A stretch of 63,617 bases of DNA, filler included, from Bigelowiella natans CCMP2755 (taxonomy: Eukaryota; Protista; Cercozoa), in the NCBI GenBank assembly GCA_000320545.1. It is 6 parts of 6 records of this genome, joined end to end, with 100 filler letters (N's around TTAATTAATTAA, not from the genome) between each part and the next. Parts side by side here need not be neighbours in the genome. Positions count along the whole stretch, not along the records: positions 49,676 to 56,739 come from ADNK01002908.1; positions 56,840 to 61,277 come from ADNK01000735.1; positions 61,378 to 63,617 come from ADNK01002349.1; 3 more parts are not named here. The stretch is one strand, 5' to 3'. Each line of letters begins with the position of its first letter. The stretch's first letter is position 1. Of this stretch, positions 49,833-63,617 are shown one piece after another. The notes under the pieces are model-generated. The model saw nothing but the letters and a program-made list of their open reading frames with translations, searched no databases and was not told the DNA's origin. The position numbers were made by a program, and so were the translations under genes.

Positions 49833-51728
49833 GTATTATCGCTTCGCAACATACATACATACATAGCACAGCACATAGCACGGCACGGCACATAGCACAT
49901 AATGACATCGTATGCTTCTTCATTTTTTTTTGGACCCCTACATTAATTAGTGTTTTTTCCTAACCTTATTCATTTTACAATTAATGAGGGCTTTAGGGGC
50001 TTTTCAAAAACCAAACTTTTTAACACACATGTACATGCACATATTAAAAATACTTACATACTTTACATGCACAACCCCCGCCCTTGAAAAAGACCCCTGG
50101 GAAACATGAGCATAATGATGTAACATGATGCAGCACAATGAAGCTGTCGCATCGCTTTGCGAGCAGGTGGGCTCTGCCCACATCGCAGATGCCGCCATTG
50201 GCGGTCATGACAATTGTTGTCATTGTTACTTGCACATCACACACCAATTGGCGCAGCCTTGCACACTGTTCACAGCGCAACAGGAAGGCAAAGACTCGAA
50301 GAACACACTCCACAAGATGCGCACACTGCCTCGGTGACGTCACGTGCACAAATCAGCTCACTTTCGCGCATTGACTTCCTTTTTGATCAGGTTCCAACAC
50401 GCAAATCAAAGAGATTTGACAAAGCACCGAAACCCATGTGCACCGACCCACTTGCTGATTTTGACGTTGGAATGGATGACAGCAGTCTGGCAGTGGAGAT
50501 GACATCTTCACGTTGTCTTCTGGTGACGATGATGACAGCGGTCATTGTGACTGATCAGACGAGTCACATCCATGGAATGGCATTCATCTTGCAGCATTTT
50601 CTCATGACCTTGTGATTCCACACGGACATTGCTAGATTGATGAGACACACGCGTGTCGCTGTTCATGAGTGAACGTTGCGAATGCACTGGCATGGCGTGT
50701 TTGTGACAAGCCTTTGATGCGGCTGAACTGGCATGAAAAGGCATCGTTTGTGCCCTGCAGTGTCGAATGTGAAACGCTGCAATCACTGTTTGATCTGACA
50801 CGATGCAAATCTCGTTCAGCACTCGACGCCATGCGCGCAATTGTGCTCAGTTGGAACAAACAGCATGACCGCATGTGGCGTGCACACGTTTCCGCTTTGT
50901 GCAATGAGAACATCACATCACCGTTGTCATTGCACTTCGCACATTCATCGTGACGTGTTTCACGAGGTGGTTTTCACGTTCACAAACATTGCAATCTGAG
51001 CTCGCGTTTGAGTGGGAGTTTTGATTTGCTTTCGACGCACGTGTGGCGCGTTTGTGGCCTTCACGTGTGGGATCAGCAACTCGCGGCGCGTGGTTCTTGC
51101 CTCCCAAGTGGACAACCAAGCAAGATCACGCTGGCACGGCTAGCTAGCAACTTGACATTCTACTGCGATGGATGCAGGCGCGATGCCAGGATGCTCGGCT
51201 GTGGATTTTGCTGTGTCATTTTCAACAAAGATTGTTTTCACAAAAGACATGGGATGTGCCTGTGATTTTCATCTCCAGTTGTCCAATGCAAGGTGTGCGC
51301 CTTGCACAGCTTGACATCGCGATGACAAATCAAAACTCAACACATTCTAGCTAGCTACCCTGCTAGCCTGTCTAGCTGTAGCAATGGGAGACTAGCAAAT
51401 TGCGCGCGCTAGCGCTAGCTAGCATGGCTTGTCTATTTTTGTCTAGTGGTTTTGGCTCTAGGCTTGTAGGGCTGTGTGATTAGCCGCATCAGCTGCCCGT
51501 AAAAGACACATACATGCATCTAGGCATGCTAGCATGCGAATGAGTGATGGCATAGCTAGCTACCAACATTCCAAAGAGTAGCCATTTGTGGGGGTATCTA
51601 GGTATGCTGACATCACAAATTGCTCTATACCTTCTACAAATTATTGAGGAGACGTGATGCTATGAATTGTAATTATAGTAAGAAAGATAATCTAGACACA
51701 TGTGCCAGAGAAGGGCCTGCTGTAACAA

Positions 51729-53105
51729 TCAGACCTCATGGCGACTCATTGTGCGGTTTAGTTTGGTGAGGAAGGCATTGTGCTTCTTCTTGTTGGAATC
51801 GTAACTCTGATTAGAATCCCGTGCAGCACCACCATCAGTATCAGCAGTAGCAGAACTATCTCCACTTTCATGTCTACTGTGAAGGCTATTGCTATTGCTA
51901 TGGCGGTGCTGGGTGCTGCTGCTGCTGCTACGGTTGTTGTTGATGTTGTTACTGCCCGAAGTAGACTTACTAGGAGTGCTTTTTGGCCTTGATTGTTTAT
52001 CATTTGTACGTGTGTTTTGTACATTTGGTTGCAAAACGTCATCATTGTGATCAATCATTGGAGAAGACAAGTAACCGCATGAGGACCATGTAATTGAGGG
52101 AGAAGTGGGCAAATATTTTAATAATAACATTTCAGATTTGTATTGGACGAAGAATAAAGCAGCAGCAGCGGGTAGTAGCATATTATCATTCAAGAATAGT
52201 AGTGGAAGTAATGCAATCCAACCATTTAGAGGGACGAATTGAATTATTAGAGATTGCGGAGGAAAGGAAAGAAGCAGAGGAGGAATAAGGAGAAGAGAAT
52301 GAAGAAGAGAGGGAAGAAGGAGAAGAAGATGAAGAGGAAAATGGTAAACAACCAATTCCAATTATATATAAACAAAATAGGAGGATAAAAAGAGGAGAAA
52401 CAAAAGTGTTAGATAATACAAAGAAAACAGTACGTGCTAAGGACGGCATGATAGTTGTATAATCTGTGTAGAAGGAAGGCCTTGCTTGACGATTGATAAC
52501 AATGTGATAGATAGATAGTTGTGTTTCACCACATTGCACTAAATTTGCGGCGTCCAAGCTGATGAACCCCTCTCTCACTGCGGCCTCTTCCACCACCTGT
52601 GTATGGAATGATGACGGTGATGATGATGATGCTGATGATGGTGGTGATGATGGTGGTGATGCTGATGGTGGTCAAACGGTGAATCGTCAATCAACAATGT
52701 AGATGAGTGACATAGGATTGATTGATTAAAATTGGATGCTTAATTTGATGATGATAAAACGTTATTTTGCCATCTTCGTACATTGTAGGGAAAAAGTGGG
52801 TCGGTTGCGCATTCGTAGTAGTACGTAATTTGACGGTGATAAGTAGTATGAATAATCAGGAAAATGATGATAACATACATTGAGCGTGTAAGGTGTAATA
52901 TATTGCTACAATTCGTAGTGCTGCTAATGAGAACATATATGATAAACTCTCTGTTATTACTCTAGTACCCATAATCTTCCTCACCATCCGTTTGACAGGT
53001 TTTAGCGACGTCTCGATGACAAACCTACCATCATCATACGTTGCTTTGGCTGCTGCTGTTGTCGTGGTGGTAGGAACGGTAGAGCATGTATCTATCACAA
53101 ATCTA

Positions 53106-53139
<34 letters not shown>

Positions 53140-53467
53140 TCCATGAGAAAGAAAAAGTAGAAGAAGAACAAAGAAGGAGACGTGCGCAGCCATCATCGAT
53201 TAGCAGCCCATTGATGTATAGCAGTGGTAGGGAGGAGAGGAGGAATTGAACGGGAACATGGAGAGACGATGAAAGAGCCAGAACAGAGGAAGGGAAAAAA
53301 ACACAAACAACAACGACAGCAAGCAACAAGGGGAGGAGAGAAGTGATAAGTGTTAAAGAAGGAGCACATAGAGGAGAGGAGTACTGAGAGACTTCTCCCC
53401 ATCTCCAATGTTAGTAGATGACAACACTTACTACCACTCAAATAAACGATGCAGTATTGCCAGTCAT

Positions 53468-53499
<32 letters not shown>

Positions 53500-54208
53500 A
53501 ACAATGGCAATACTGCCCAATTCAAAAATAGACCTCCAAATTCAAACACTGATAATACAGTACTACTGGTAGTACTACTAGCAGCTTCTTGTTGATGAAT
53601 TTCTGTTTGAGTGAGGATGTAAAGTAACCAACCTCTGCTTAGTGATAGTGCTCTTAAGAGACTTGATCTTCCCCTCGTATTCATCAAACATTTTACGTGC
53701 AAACACATTGGAATCATGCAATGCCCCCTGATTAGTGATTAGTTAATATTATTATTATTATTATTATTATTATTAGAAGAAGAAGAAGAAAAAGAAGAAG
53801 AAGAAGAAGAAGACTCGTTACTAATGATATACAATCAAAATACTAGTTACAAGACCAATGACTTCAATATAGCCTTATCGACTACGATGGACGACGATAA
53901 ATAATGGCTAATGCTGCTATTGACTGCTATTGTTATCATCATCATCCATCATCATTATCATCATAATCCATCATCATCATCATCATCATCATACTCAAAC
54001 TCATGATAACGATTGCAATAACAAAATAATAGCAGCACGCATACATACCTCTAATAGATTGATGGTTTGATCTCGGCTTGCGACAAGGGATCGCTGTTTC
54101 AATCATCAAAATGGTGGTGATGAATGATGGTGATGAAAATAACCATTAACAACGAGTAGAAAATAAAAATAGTAATATTATGAGGAATATGATAATGACG
54201 ACGATGAC

Positions 54209-54241
<33 letters not shown>

Positions 54242-54403
54242 AATGTGATTATTGCACCATATATTTTCCCACACGGCAGCATGCAGCTGCCTTTATTTGT
54301 TTTTCAACCGCCGCTTGCTCATTACATTTGTCCATGTATCAATATTATCTCCACTACACTTACTCATTACATTTATTGATGTATCTTCATGATCTTCACT
54401 ATT

Positions 54404-54436
<33 letters not shown>

Positions 54437-56382
54437 GTTGTCATCATCGTCGTCATATTTGGAAGTAGAATGCAATAATGTTCCATGACAATTCGTTATT
54501 GCCTTGGATGTGCTCTTTAATGTCAATATGCACTTACTACTACTACTACTACTACTACTACTACCACTATCACTACCTGGAATGCAAGTTCATCAGGTTG
54601 ATCTTGCTGCGTGTTGTCCATCCCTCCTGCTGCTACTTTCGAGCTGTGGATAATAATAACCACACCAACCCAACCAATATGGACGACGGTGTGTTATGCT
54701 AAGCAGCGTCAAGTACTGTTAATAACGATGGTGGTGTGGAAAAAGAGCTGTATTAAAGTAGTAGTAATTATCAATGAATGCTTGAGAGCGAGCAATAGGG
54801 AGAAGGATGCTCGAAAAGCGGGTATTAACATGGCATGACCCCCCCCCCCCCCCTTTACCCCTTATCTGATACTAACAATTACTCACCCCCCCCCTTTGTT
54901 TCTGGTCATTTCGCTCTTATATTCCTCGAGTTCCATTCTCATTTGTATCATATCCGCACATTTTCTTGACAGATCTTCCATTAAAGCTTCGTTTTGATGC
55001 TGCAGCTTCTCCATGTCAGCCGTCATTTCAAGCTTGTTATCATCTGATGAACCAGCCTTGCTGCTCTTAGATTTGCGTGTTGTAACGATTGGAGAGAGGA
55101 GGGACTTCTTCGTCTGTTCCATGAAGGCATCTGCTAGTTTTTGCTTTGAAGCAAGCTATTTCACGTACAGTATTACCAGAGGGGGAGGAGGGGAAAGGGG
55201 TGGAAGAGGGGGAAAATTAATGACGATAACTAAGAAATGAAGCAGCATTTTGAAGTGGAAAAGCGAATGAATACTTATTACTAATACTATTCTAACTAGT
55301 AGCACCTTTTCCTTGAGCTTCTTCAATTCTTCGTTTAATGTCGCAACACGGGTATTGCTCATCTTAGCTTCCTATTTGGTCATAGTATTGTTTAATGACT
55401 ACTTCATACTAGAGCCAGAATGTGATAAGTGTTTATAAATTGTATACTTAACAAGCATTAAACAATGCTAATGCTGCAGCTAGTATTGCTATTACTTCAA
55501 AATTAATACTGTCGGTTGTGTTGTTTACCTTTTGAGCAAGGGTAAGGCGCTTGTTAAGAACAAGTGTTACCCCATCGACAGCCTCTTTTCGCATGTTTTC
55601 CGTTTGAGAGAGCTTTCCCTGCACCTCTTCCATCTGGATCCGAAGTTTTTGCATATCTGTTGGTGATATTATCATCTTGTATTGGTATATATTCGTATTA
55701 TATTTGGTTGATATTATCATCTTGTATTGGTACTGCAACTGCTACCACTACTACTACCACTAATTCTGAGCAAATCGTTCTTTCATTATAAGAATAGTAG
55801 TGAGCTATGGACATTAGTATGCTTGTTCGTATTATTATTTGCAGTTGTAGTAGTACTAGTGGTAGGTACCAGCGTTTGCATCAGCAATAGTATCCTCAAG
55901 CCCCCTGTATAATACAACAACAACAACACCACCAACAACAACAATAATGTCAAAACAACACAACAACGCACGTATGTACCACCAAATCACAACATCATCA
56001 ATAACAACCTATTAATCGCTTTCATCTCATCATTTTTTTGTTCTAGCGTGGTGCAACGAGCCTGTTGTGTTAGAAGTAGTAGAGTACAAGATGCAGTAAT
56101 GGTATTAGTAATAGTAGTAACAGTAGTAGTAGTAATAGGAGGAGGAGGAGGAGGAGGAGGAGGGGGGGGGGGGTAAAAACCATGACAACTTATCACATAA
56201 AAAACATCACCATCTCCTCCATCATCTGTATACACCGCACTCTCATCACCATCATCATCATCATCACCTGCAAGCTCATAATCGTGTTGATCGATGATTC
56301 TCGACGTTGTTTGCGACCTTTCTTTGGTAAAGAAAGCATTCCTGGAGAATAACCATGACAAAGAAGAAAATTATCATCACAT

Positions 56383-56414
<32 letters not shown>

Positions 56415-56739
56415 GGAGCAGCACCATCGTTAATACAGGTATCATAAATGATCTACCCTACTTTTACTAATCTAGTAGTACCCTGCTGCTGCTTATTTGA
56501 TGGAGATTTAGGTGGATCCTGGGTTAGTAGTTTGGTTTTCTCTTGATCTCCTGCTTCTTCTCCCCCCCCCCCTTCAGTATCATCGTCGTCATCACTAATT
56601 CAAAAAATTGTGGCGGAGAGGGGAGGTTTTTCCCCTTTGGGGGGAAAAAGCGAAAAGTTAAGGGAGGGATCGAGGTCACCCCACACCAAGTGGGGGGGGG
56701 GGGGAGTGCAAAAAAAAAGTCAATTACCTGTAAGAAATT
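51729..56739 (-). CDS. Coiled-coil protein 3' part, possibly a kinesin-1 heavy-chain tail; 5'-truncated
   Basis: Heptad-rich exons. NEALMEDLSRKCADMIQMRMELEEYK and QRSLVASRDQTINLLE resemble kinesin-1 tail segments (LM.DL..RC.....LE; ..RNERI..LE). No motor domain in the window. Confidence 0.45.
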
Positions 56740-56839
56740 NNNNNNNNNNNNNNNNNNNNNNNNNNNNNNNNNNNNNNNNNNNNTTAATTAATTAANNNNN
56801 NNNNNNNNNNNNNNNNNNNNNNNNNNNNNNNNNNNNNNN
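56740..56839. other. Artificial contig linker
   Basis: N44-TTAATTAATTAA-N44. Confidence 0.98.
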
Positions 56840-56909
56840 TCCCCCTTCCCCCCCCCCTCTCTCCGCAGTAAATTTTAAAATTCATCTACATAGGCACGCA
56901 TATACGAGA

Positions 56910-56940
<31 letters not shown>

Positions 56941-56989
56941 GATTAATTATCACAATTGATCACATCCATCACACACATCTCAGTTGGTA

Positions 56990-57391
56990 CATACGTCATG
57001 TAATGGGAACAGCCTCTCGGAGTCGATGACAGGGAGCTGGGCAGCGACCAGTGCCAGGAAGCTCATCAACGCAGCGACGACTAAGGCATTGTTCCCGCGT
57101 CGAAGCAGATCTGGTTGTCCCTATTAATATAATACATTTTATGCTTACATATATTCATGCACTTGCGTGCGCGCGCGCGCGCGTGTGTATGTGTGTGTGT
57201 GTGTGTGTGTGCGTGAAAATCATTCTCGACGTCAGCCTGCATTACTTTGAGCAAGACCGCTCCCAACACCGAGGAGAATAGAATCACTGGCACCGCTGGG
57301 GGCAGCTCGATGCTAGCAGGACCGCTGGCCCCAAGAGAGAGCCAAGACAAACTTTGCGCTGTTGTTGTGCACGTGTAAGTTGATGATTCGT

Positions 57392-57454
<63 letters not shown>

Positions 57455-57455
57455 T

Positions 57456-57498
<43 letters not shown>

Positions 57499-58021
57499 TT
57501 GCTCAGAATAATCACGTGAGATTAGGATGTAGAAGTAGAGGTGTCTCGCTACTACTGAGGGCAATTGTGTTGGCCATATCGAGGAGCTTCGATGCAAGTT
57601 GCGACGACTCTATTAGTTCGCGAACGATGGTGCCTCCCTTTACATGTTGCACAGAACGGGGGGGGGGGGGGTGATCAGCATGTGTAAATATTAACACCGT
57701 CGCGTCATACACACAACACATACGTACACATACGCGCACGCACATCACTATATACCTAACATGCTATTTACCTCATAATAGAAGAGGACAGTACTCATTC
57801 ATTACCGCTTTAAACTACTTCATGGAGGAGTATCAAGACTACTACTACTACTACTACTACTACTATTGTGACTCCCCCGCCCCTCCTATACCCCACTACC
57901 CCTCCTACTAGACCTCTGCACTGCTACCTGGGAGATGTAGGCGATGAGCAAGGTCAGATTGTAGAATACAAACCCTAGTCCTATGCACCTAATGACGTGT
58001 TCGAAAAACGATGATGAGGAA

Positions 58022-58058
<37 letters not shown>

Positions 58059-59400
58059 CGTGCATGAATGAGGAGTGTTGTGGTTGTGTGCTAATCAATC
58101 CATTTTAGGCGGAAACCGACTTTCCGATCTGGGTTCCGAGCAGCTCTGTAGCCATAGCCTCGATGCTCGTTTGACTCCCCTGGCAGCACCATGTACCAAA
58201 AAACACATCAATTGCGAGTCGTCCAATAAATGGATATTAGTCGCCTGCCAGAGGAAATAGTAATCTATGGACGTCTACCCCCTTTATTTACATTGGAGGG
58301 AAATCATCGTAAAAACAGGAACAGCGCGCTCACCCACGCACGGACACAAACACACGCGCGCGCGCGCGCAGCAATTCGTTATCATTGCCAACACTCATTC
58401 TCCTCCTCCTCTTCCCCCCTCCCACATCTTTCTCAATCCCCCCTCACCCTGATCTTGGCGGTGCACCATGACTCAGCCACCAGCAGCCCTGCAGCTGCCG
58501 ATGCTGCCCATGTTAGGACCAATAGCCCCGAGGACGCCACGAACCCCGGCTTGGCTGCAACACTGGGGAGTGCTAAGATGCCGGCGCCGACCTACGTTAT
58601 TCGAGAACAGAGCATAGCCTAAATTGATCACGAGAGCAGAGCATGGTCCAAAGTTATTTCGTCGTCGTCGTCGTCGTCGTCATCGTTTGTGAAGTAATGT
58701 TCCTACCATATTTCCGGCAACAAGCGCGGCGGCGGTGAGAACTTTGCCGTAGTTTTTGTCGCTATTCTTTGCCGAAAGGCCTTCATTCGACTTCGGTGGG
58801 GAGGAAGCCTGCAGCATGAGGGTGTATTCATTACACGAGCTGCTCCTCAATCTAGTCAAAGAGACTGGGGGGGAGAAGCACATTTAAACTGAGAACATAC
58901 CCCTGAATTCTTCCCAGAGACCGTCGCAGCCCCTTTTATCGACGATCGCGAGGGAAAGCGAGACACCAGTGACAGTGGCAATGATGTCGATGATGTTACT
59001 TCGGGCGGAGGAGATGACAAGGCAGCGTGTAACGGCCACGACGAGATGAGGGCCTTTCTTCGGGCGAGTGAACAACTGGCAAAAGACATTTGGATTACTC
59101 TCTGTATCGACCATGGCATCATGTAGCACTGGAATCCAACGCTACCTTCTTCCCCTGCTTGCAGAGCGCCGTCCGTGTTGTTCGATACAGGCGCGTGTCC
59201 TCACAGCGCTCCGTACACCATTATTCGGGCCGACACATTGAAGCTGAGGGACGTTGTTTGGATGGGTTAGATATGAAAGATCATCGTTCGACGCCCCCAC
59301 TGTCAAATATAATGTACTCTTCATCTACCATCTCAACCCCCAATCCCCCCTTCCCGCCAGACACCCGCTCATCACATTGTTCAAATTGACCATTTCATAG
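56990..59400 (-). CDS. Tyrosine/tryptophan permease (HAAAP, TyrP/Mtr-like) with Ser-rich N-terminal extension, multi-exon, 3'-truncated
   Basis: Spliced VLTAAALVAGNM|VGAGILALPSVAAKPGFVASSGLLVLTWAASAAAGLLVAE, and FVFYNLTLLIAYISQ. Confidence 0.8.
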
Positions 59401-59708
59401 GATATCGACCTGGTGCGCTCTGCTTGCGTAGGTCAGAGGTTGTTGCAAGCTTGCCAAGGCAAAAATCAGCCAGTACAGGACTGGCGACATGGGTTCTTGC
59501 CCCTGCACGCGAGGGGGGGATAAAGGCAGCGGAAAAGCGGTCGGTGGCGGTGTGGAAACTGACTCGCCCCCCCAGACACACGACGGCTGCTGCTCCCTTT
59601 TTAAACAGCTTCTTGTTGACTTGATGTCGTAGCCAAGGATTTAGGCCGAAATAACACCCAGTTTTTAATGTGCGACAATGATTTTGAGTAGTCGCAGTAA
59701 GCAGGACA

Positions 59709-61135
59709 GTGTTATGTCATGCGCGACAAGAATTTGTTCGTTGTCTCAGGGAGCCCAGGCTTTCTTATTCCGAACCCCCCCCTCGGAGAGCCGCTGGATT
59801 TCGAGGACACATAGTCCGCAGGCTGGTAATCATGCGACAGCCTGAAGCTGCCGACGATAGCAGAAGGCGGAAGGAGCCCAGCGAGGGGGCCGATGACCCC
59901 TTCCAAGTGATCCTGTTTTATAAATACGCTAAGATTCCCTCTGGCAAAGTCGGCGATCTCGTCGGCGAGCAGCGAAGACTGTGCGAGGCCCTCGGCCTGA
60001 AGGGGAGGTGCGGATTTGAATGTGGGCTGCTATTTTATGGAAAGGGACGATTTGAATTTCAATGTCTCAGGGTCCTTGTCGGAGACCAAGGCGTTAATGG
60101 CACTCTGAGCGGGCCAACGAGCAAGATAGTTCGGTATGCTCCGTGCTGAGTGGTGGTCGCAAGCGGTTTTTGACACTTACTATTCGTACTCGCCATTGAT
60201 GAAGGTATCAGAAGGGGATTGAGCTGCACCTTGGCGGAGTCTTGAAAGGGGTAGGGAATTGCTAACGCTACATTTTTTTCATCAAAATGCCTCCTCGTCA
60301 CATCAAAGGTTGTTTGTTTTTGCAAGATTCAATGGAAGCGCAGCGCCAGTCCTGAGGGCCATCCATTCGCGGACCTTCAGGTAATTGCTTTTTATCTTCA
60401 ATTATTCTTTAGGAGCAAAGAACCGATAGTGTTTGGGTGGTTTCTCCTCCCCTCCACCCTACTCAATTCAGATAAAGCAAGTCAAAGAGATCGTGTCCAC
60501 CGGAGGTCGAAGCGCAACCGAATAACCAGTTTTTTTTCCCCTTGAATTCTATGGTTACCTCACATATTTGTGATGTCGGATTTCAGGCATGGGAGTAGAC
60601 CCGGCAAAAGATCCAAGTATACACAATGACGAGAATAGCCCCTCAAAGCAGATTATATTTATTTATTTTTGACCCAGCTAAAAACGTTTGTCTTTTTCCG
60701 TTTGATGCGGCTCGATTCGTCAATTTCGTTGCGTCCTCTTTTCTCTATATCCTCTACATACGTAGAAAGCAGCGGCGACCACCTTAGTCCAAGCTCCTTC
60801 CACTCAATGTTGAAAGGTGGGGTTGCAAAATAGAGGCAGGGAGACGAAGATATTTTGATCCCGCCCCCTCCCCCCCCCCCCCCTCACACAATTACAATAA
60901 TCTGATAGGAGGCAGTGTTGATGATACAGTCCTCATCGACGTCAGGTCGAATTTTAACAATCTCTTTATCTTGCACCCGCTTTGATTCTTAGTTTGATTT
61001 ACGCATGTTTAGGAATCGTTGGGAATACGCTCTCGGCCATTTCAAGACACAGAACCTGGTCGTGCATTGTGCGGTGTACATGTAGCATATCGTCCATCCC
61101 ACCCGTCGATAAGTACATGCACCGCGGTAGCGATT

Positions 61136-61188
<53 letters not shown>

Positions 61189-61277
61189 TTTAAAGCTGGC
61201 CCAAGATCCAGACACCAAGACATATGCCGAATTTAAGCGCTTTGTTGATAGGACTACTGCATGATTCACACCAGATG
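59709..61277 (+). CDS. UPF0176 rhodanese protein (TrhO/YceA-TSTD2 family), multi-exon, 3'-truncated
   Basis: VILFYKY, LCEALGLKGR|VLVGDQGVNGTLSG, PFADLQ|IKQVKEIVSTG, GDHLSPSSFH, VLIDV|RNRWEYALGHF, PDTKTYAEF. Confidence 0.85.
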
Positions 61278-61377
61278 NNNNNNNNNNNNNNNNNNNNNNN
61301 NNNNNNNNNNNNNNNNNNNNNTTAATTAATTAANNNNNNNNNNNNNNNNNNNNNNNNNNNNNNNNNNNNNNNNNNNN
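61278..61377. other. Artificial contig linker
   Basis: N44-TTAATTAATTAA-N44. Confidence 0.98.
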
Positions 61378-61444
61378 GTCTCTTCAGAACAGAGTCACAG
61401 TGAGGTGGACAAGACAATGAGTCAGCGAGCTCTTCAGATGATCA

Positions 61445-61502
<58 letters not shown>

Positions 61503-61525
61503 ACAAACAAACAATAATCCCGACC

Positions 61526-61873
61526 TTGATCTCGACGGCTGATCGGATTGGAGTGAGTGCACGCGTACCTGCACGGAACCCCCCCCTTCTGGAGGCGGTC
61601 GCGACACTGCCGACGAAGAAAGTTCAAAGCATCTTTGACAAACTGACAAGAGAAGAGCGCCAAGAGATAAATCGCTACCTCAAGAATCCCGAAAAATATT
61701 CACTTCTCGATCTCCTGGGAAAACTCGGAAGAATGTTCAAAAAGCGAAAATTTAGCATCTCTTCTGATGCAATCTTAAAAAAAATCGGTGAGCCGGTTGC
61801 AGCGGAATTAAAACGTATAAGGAATGAAATTCTGAAAGAGAAGCTTGCAAAAATTTGTAAATTGTCAAAATAA
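61526..61873 (+). CDS. Last exon of an unknown helical protein
   Basis: Amphipathic, protein-like 115-aa frame following a (CA)n intron. Confidence 0.4.
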   Translation: MISTADRIGVSARVPARNPPLLEAVATLPTKKVQSIFDKLTREERQEINRYLKNPEKYSLLDLLGKLGRMFKKRKFSISSDAILKKIGEPVAAELKRIRNEILKEKLAKICKLSK

Positions 61874-62311
61874 TAATAATAATTGTCATTGTACGAAACA
61901 AAAGAACAAAAATGTGTAGCCCTAAAGGCTGTGGAGTAGGATGACAGACAACGTGATGTCACAGAGTGTGATGTTTGGGGATCTCTTTGTGATGGACAAC
62001 GTAATGCGGTGTGCATGTGCACGTTGCATCTGCATTGTCACTGTGTCCACTGTCAGGGAATGAATGCATGGCGTGACTACGCACGCAGACTTGTGCAGCA
62101 ACTTCGCTGCGCAAATGCAGCACAAATGCATCGAATGAATAAGTGACACCACTCGCTGCATATCAATCACAATTGTCGCCACAAGGCTGCGCACATCAAT
62201 TGCTCAACAACATCAACTTTATAACTTTGTGGTGCAACTCATTTATTGAACTGCAACTGTGGGGGATGATGTTCTTCTTCTTGTCAACTGTTTCATTTCG
62301 TCATTATATCA

Positions 62312-63527
62312 TCACACTGCTCGACTTCGTTTGCAGGATGGGGCCTGAGGCTGCGATTGTGACTGCGGGGACTGCTTTCTTTTGCCAACGATCTTGCTCG
62401 CTGAATTATTCAATTGATGTGGGGTTGCAAATCCGCTCTTCTCAGCGAATGGCTTTGAATCTTTCCTGCATCCAAACTTCAGCAGCATCTTGTATTCAGA
62501 TTTAGTTACTGGAAGCTGAAACCAAAGGCTGTTGTTTTCCATGTGCACAAATCTTACCTTCTTTGCAGCTTCTAAAAACAATGGCGATTTCTTCGCCGAC
62601 GCTATGTGGTCATTGCTAACATTCAGATGTTGGGCAAGTACTCGATTCTTCGCCTCAGCTAGTTTGTTGTCATCTCTACAATCAGGGTTGGCTTTCATAG
62701 AGGCGAATGTTGAGGCCGTAGTTACATCATTGATTTTGTCAATTCGGTGCAGAGCAGTAGTGACGGCGCCGGGTCGAGTGGCTGCTCGTCCGAAAAATCC
62801 AAACATGGACAGTCTGCCACAACTTGCTGTAAACGCTAATGCAGGGCTATCTATCCCGGTTAACGGCATGAAGGATCTAGAACGTGCAAGGTCGTCATAA
62901 TGCTTTAAGTCCCGCGGATATAGAACGTAGAGCTCGTTCAAATGCGGAAAGCCCTTGGCACTCTTAGGCGAAATATAGACGCGGATCATGTTAACCTATC
63001 CAAGCAACAAAGAGCAATTGCTCCCATTACATCATGCGCATAAATGGAGGTTACGACAAAGAGCAGTGCTACCTGTGTTAGTCCACATGCGAATGTGAGG
63101 CGTTTGTGAAGCTTCGTTCTGGGTGAAATCAGTTCGAATATCTTTCCAGAGCCCGGCCTCGGGGTCTTCCTCCTTATCAGGCACCGTCTGAGTGAAACAA
63201 AAACATAAACATCTAAATAAACATCGATCTCTTAACATTGCTGCGTCGCCAGTCACACCTTCCGAAGACCATATTCCGTCTTTCCAGATCCGCAATGTGT
63301 TGTTTGCACAATTGTCCTCTCCCTTTCTTCTCCGATGATACAGCCATCCTCCACACTCCCTCTGCTATGCAGCAAGCGCACAAAGAGTCCCCTCTCCCAC
63401 TCCCGTAGCCCCTCCTCGGGACGGCGGCAAGAGAGGAGGGGAAAAAGGGCAGTACAAAATTGGCCAAAAGGGGCTCTGTCTTCACAGTGCGACCGAAGAG
63501 AGATTTTCTAGCCAAATTCGCCTTCAT
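62312..63527 (-). CDS. Unknown multi-exon protein with basic N-terminus
   Basis: ATG at 63527 (MKANLARKSLFGRTVK...), intermediate exons and a 225-aa terminal frame at 62312..62989. Confidence 0.5.
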
Positions 63528-63617
63528 ATGTTCTCTACGACAACTAAAAATGGGTAAAGACTTAGAAACAGAGGAAGCGCAGCTCTGCCTTCTTTTCGAG
63601 ATAATAATTTTGCGGCT

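Noticed and set aside
49676-50025. ~110-bp imperfect duplication at the contig start
   Set aside because: It sits at a contig edge and may be low-quality sequence or an assembly overlap.
48700-51354. Many overlapping His/Cys-rich ORFs as genes or zinc fingers
   Set aside because: They follow from TA loss: no TAA/TAG stops and no Tyr codons. No transposase or other domain was recognised.
16469-61277. A tRNA-wobble gene cluster (QueA-QueH, AspRS, TrhO-like)
   Set aside because: The three genes lie on different pieces separated by artificial linkers, so there is no evidence of physical linkage.

Overview
Eukaryotic (protist-like) nuclear DNA made of six assembly pieces joined by artificial 100-nt linkers (N44-TTAATTAATTAA-N44), so adjacency across a linker is not evidence of linkage. 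Gene style suggests a chlorarachniophyte/rhizarian-type alga, but this is inference only. Most genes are intron-rich with microsatellite-filled introns: amino-acid transporter 3' end, DEK-like, tandem-PH, BRCT, OTU, 2OG-Fe(II) oxygenase, organellar AspRS, TFIIF-beta, kinesin-tail-like, TyrP-like permease and TrhO/TSTD2-like. Two signals stand out. (1) An intronless QueA-QueH fusion with an organelle-targeting-like N-terminus encodes the last two bacterial queuosine-synthesis steps in a eukaryote; it lies beside two other intronless genes (tyrosinase-like and glycosyltransferase-like). (2) Recurrent intergenic tracts almost completely lack TpA except inside CTAG, and duplicated copies differ mainly by TA<->CA/TG, suggesting a targeted, inverse-RIP-like hypermutation system. 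Exon boundaries and dinucleotide counts were read by eye.
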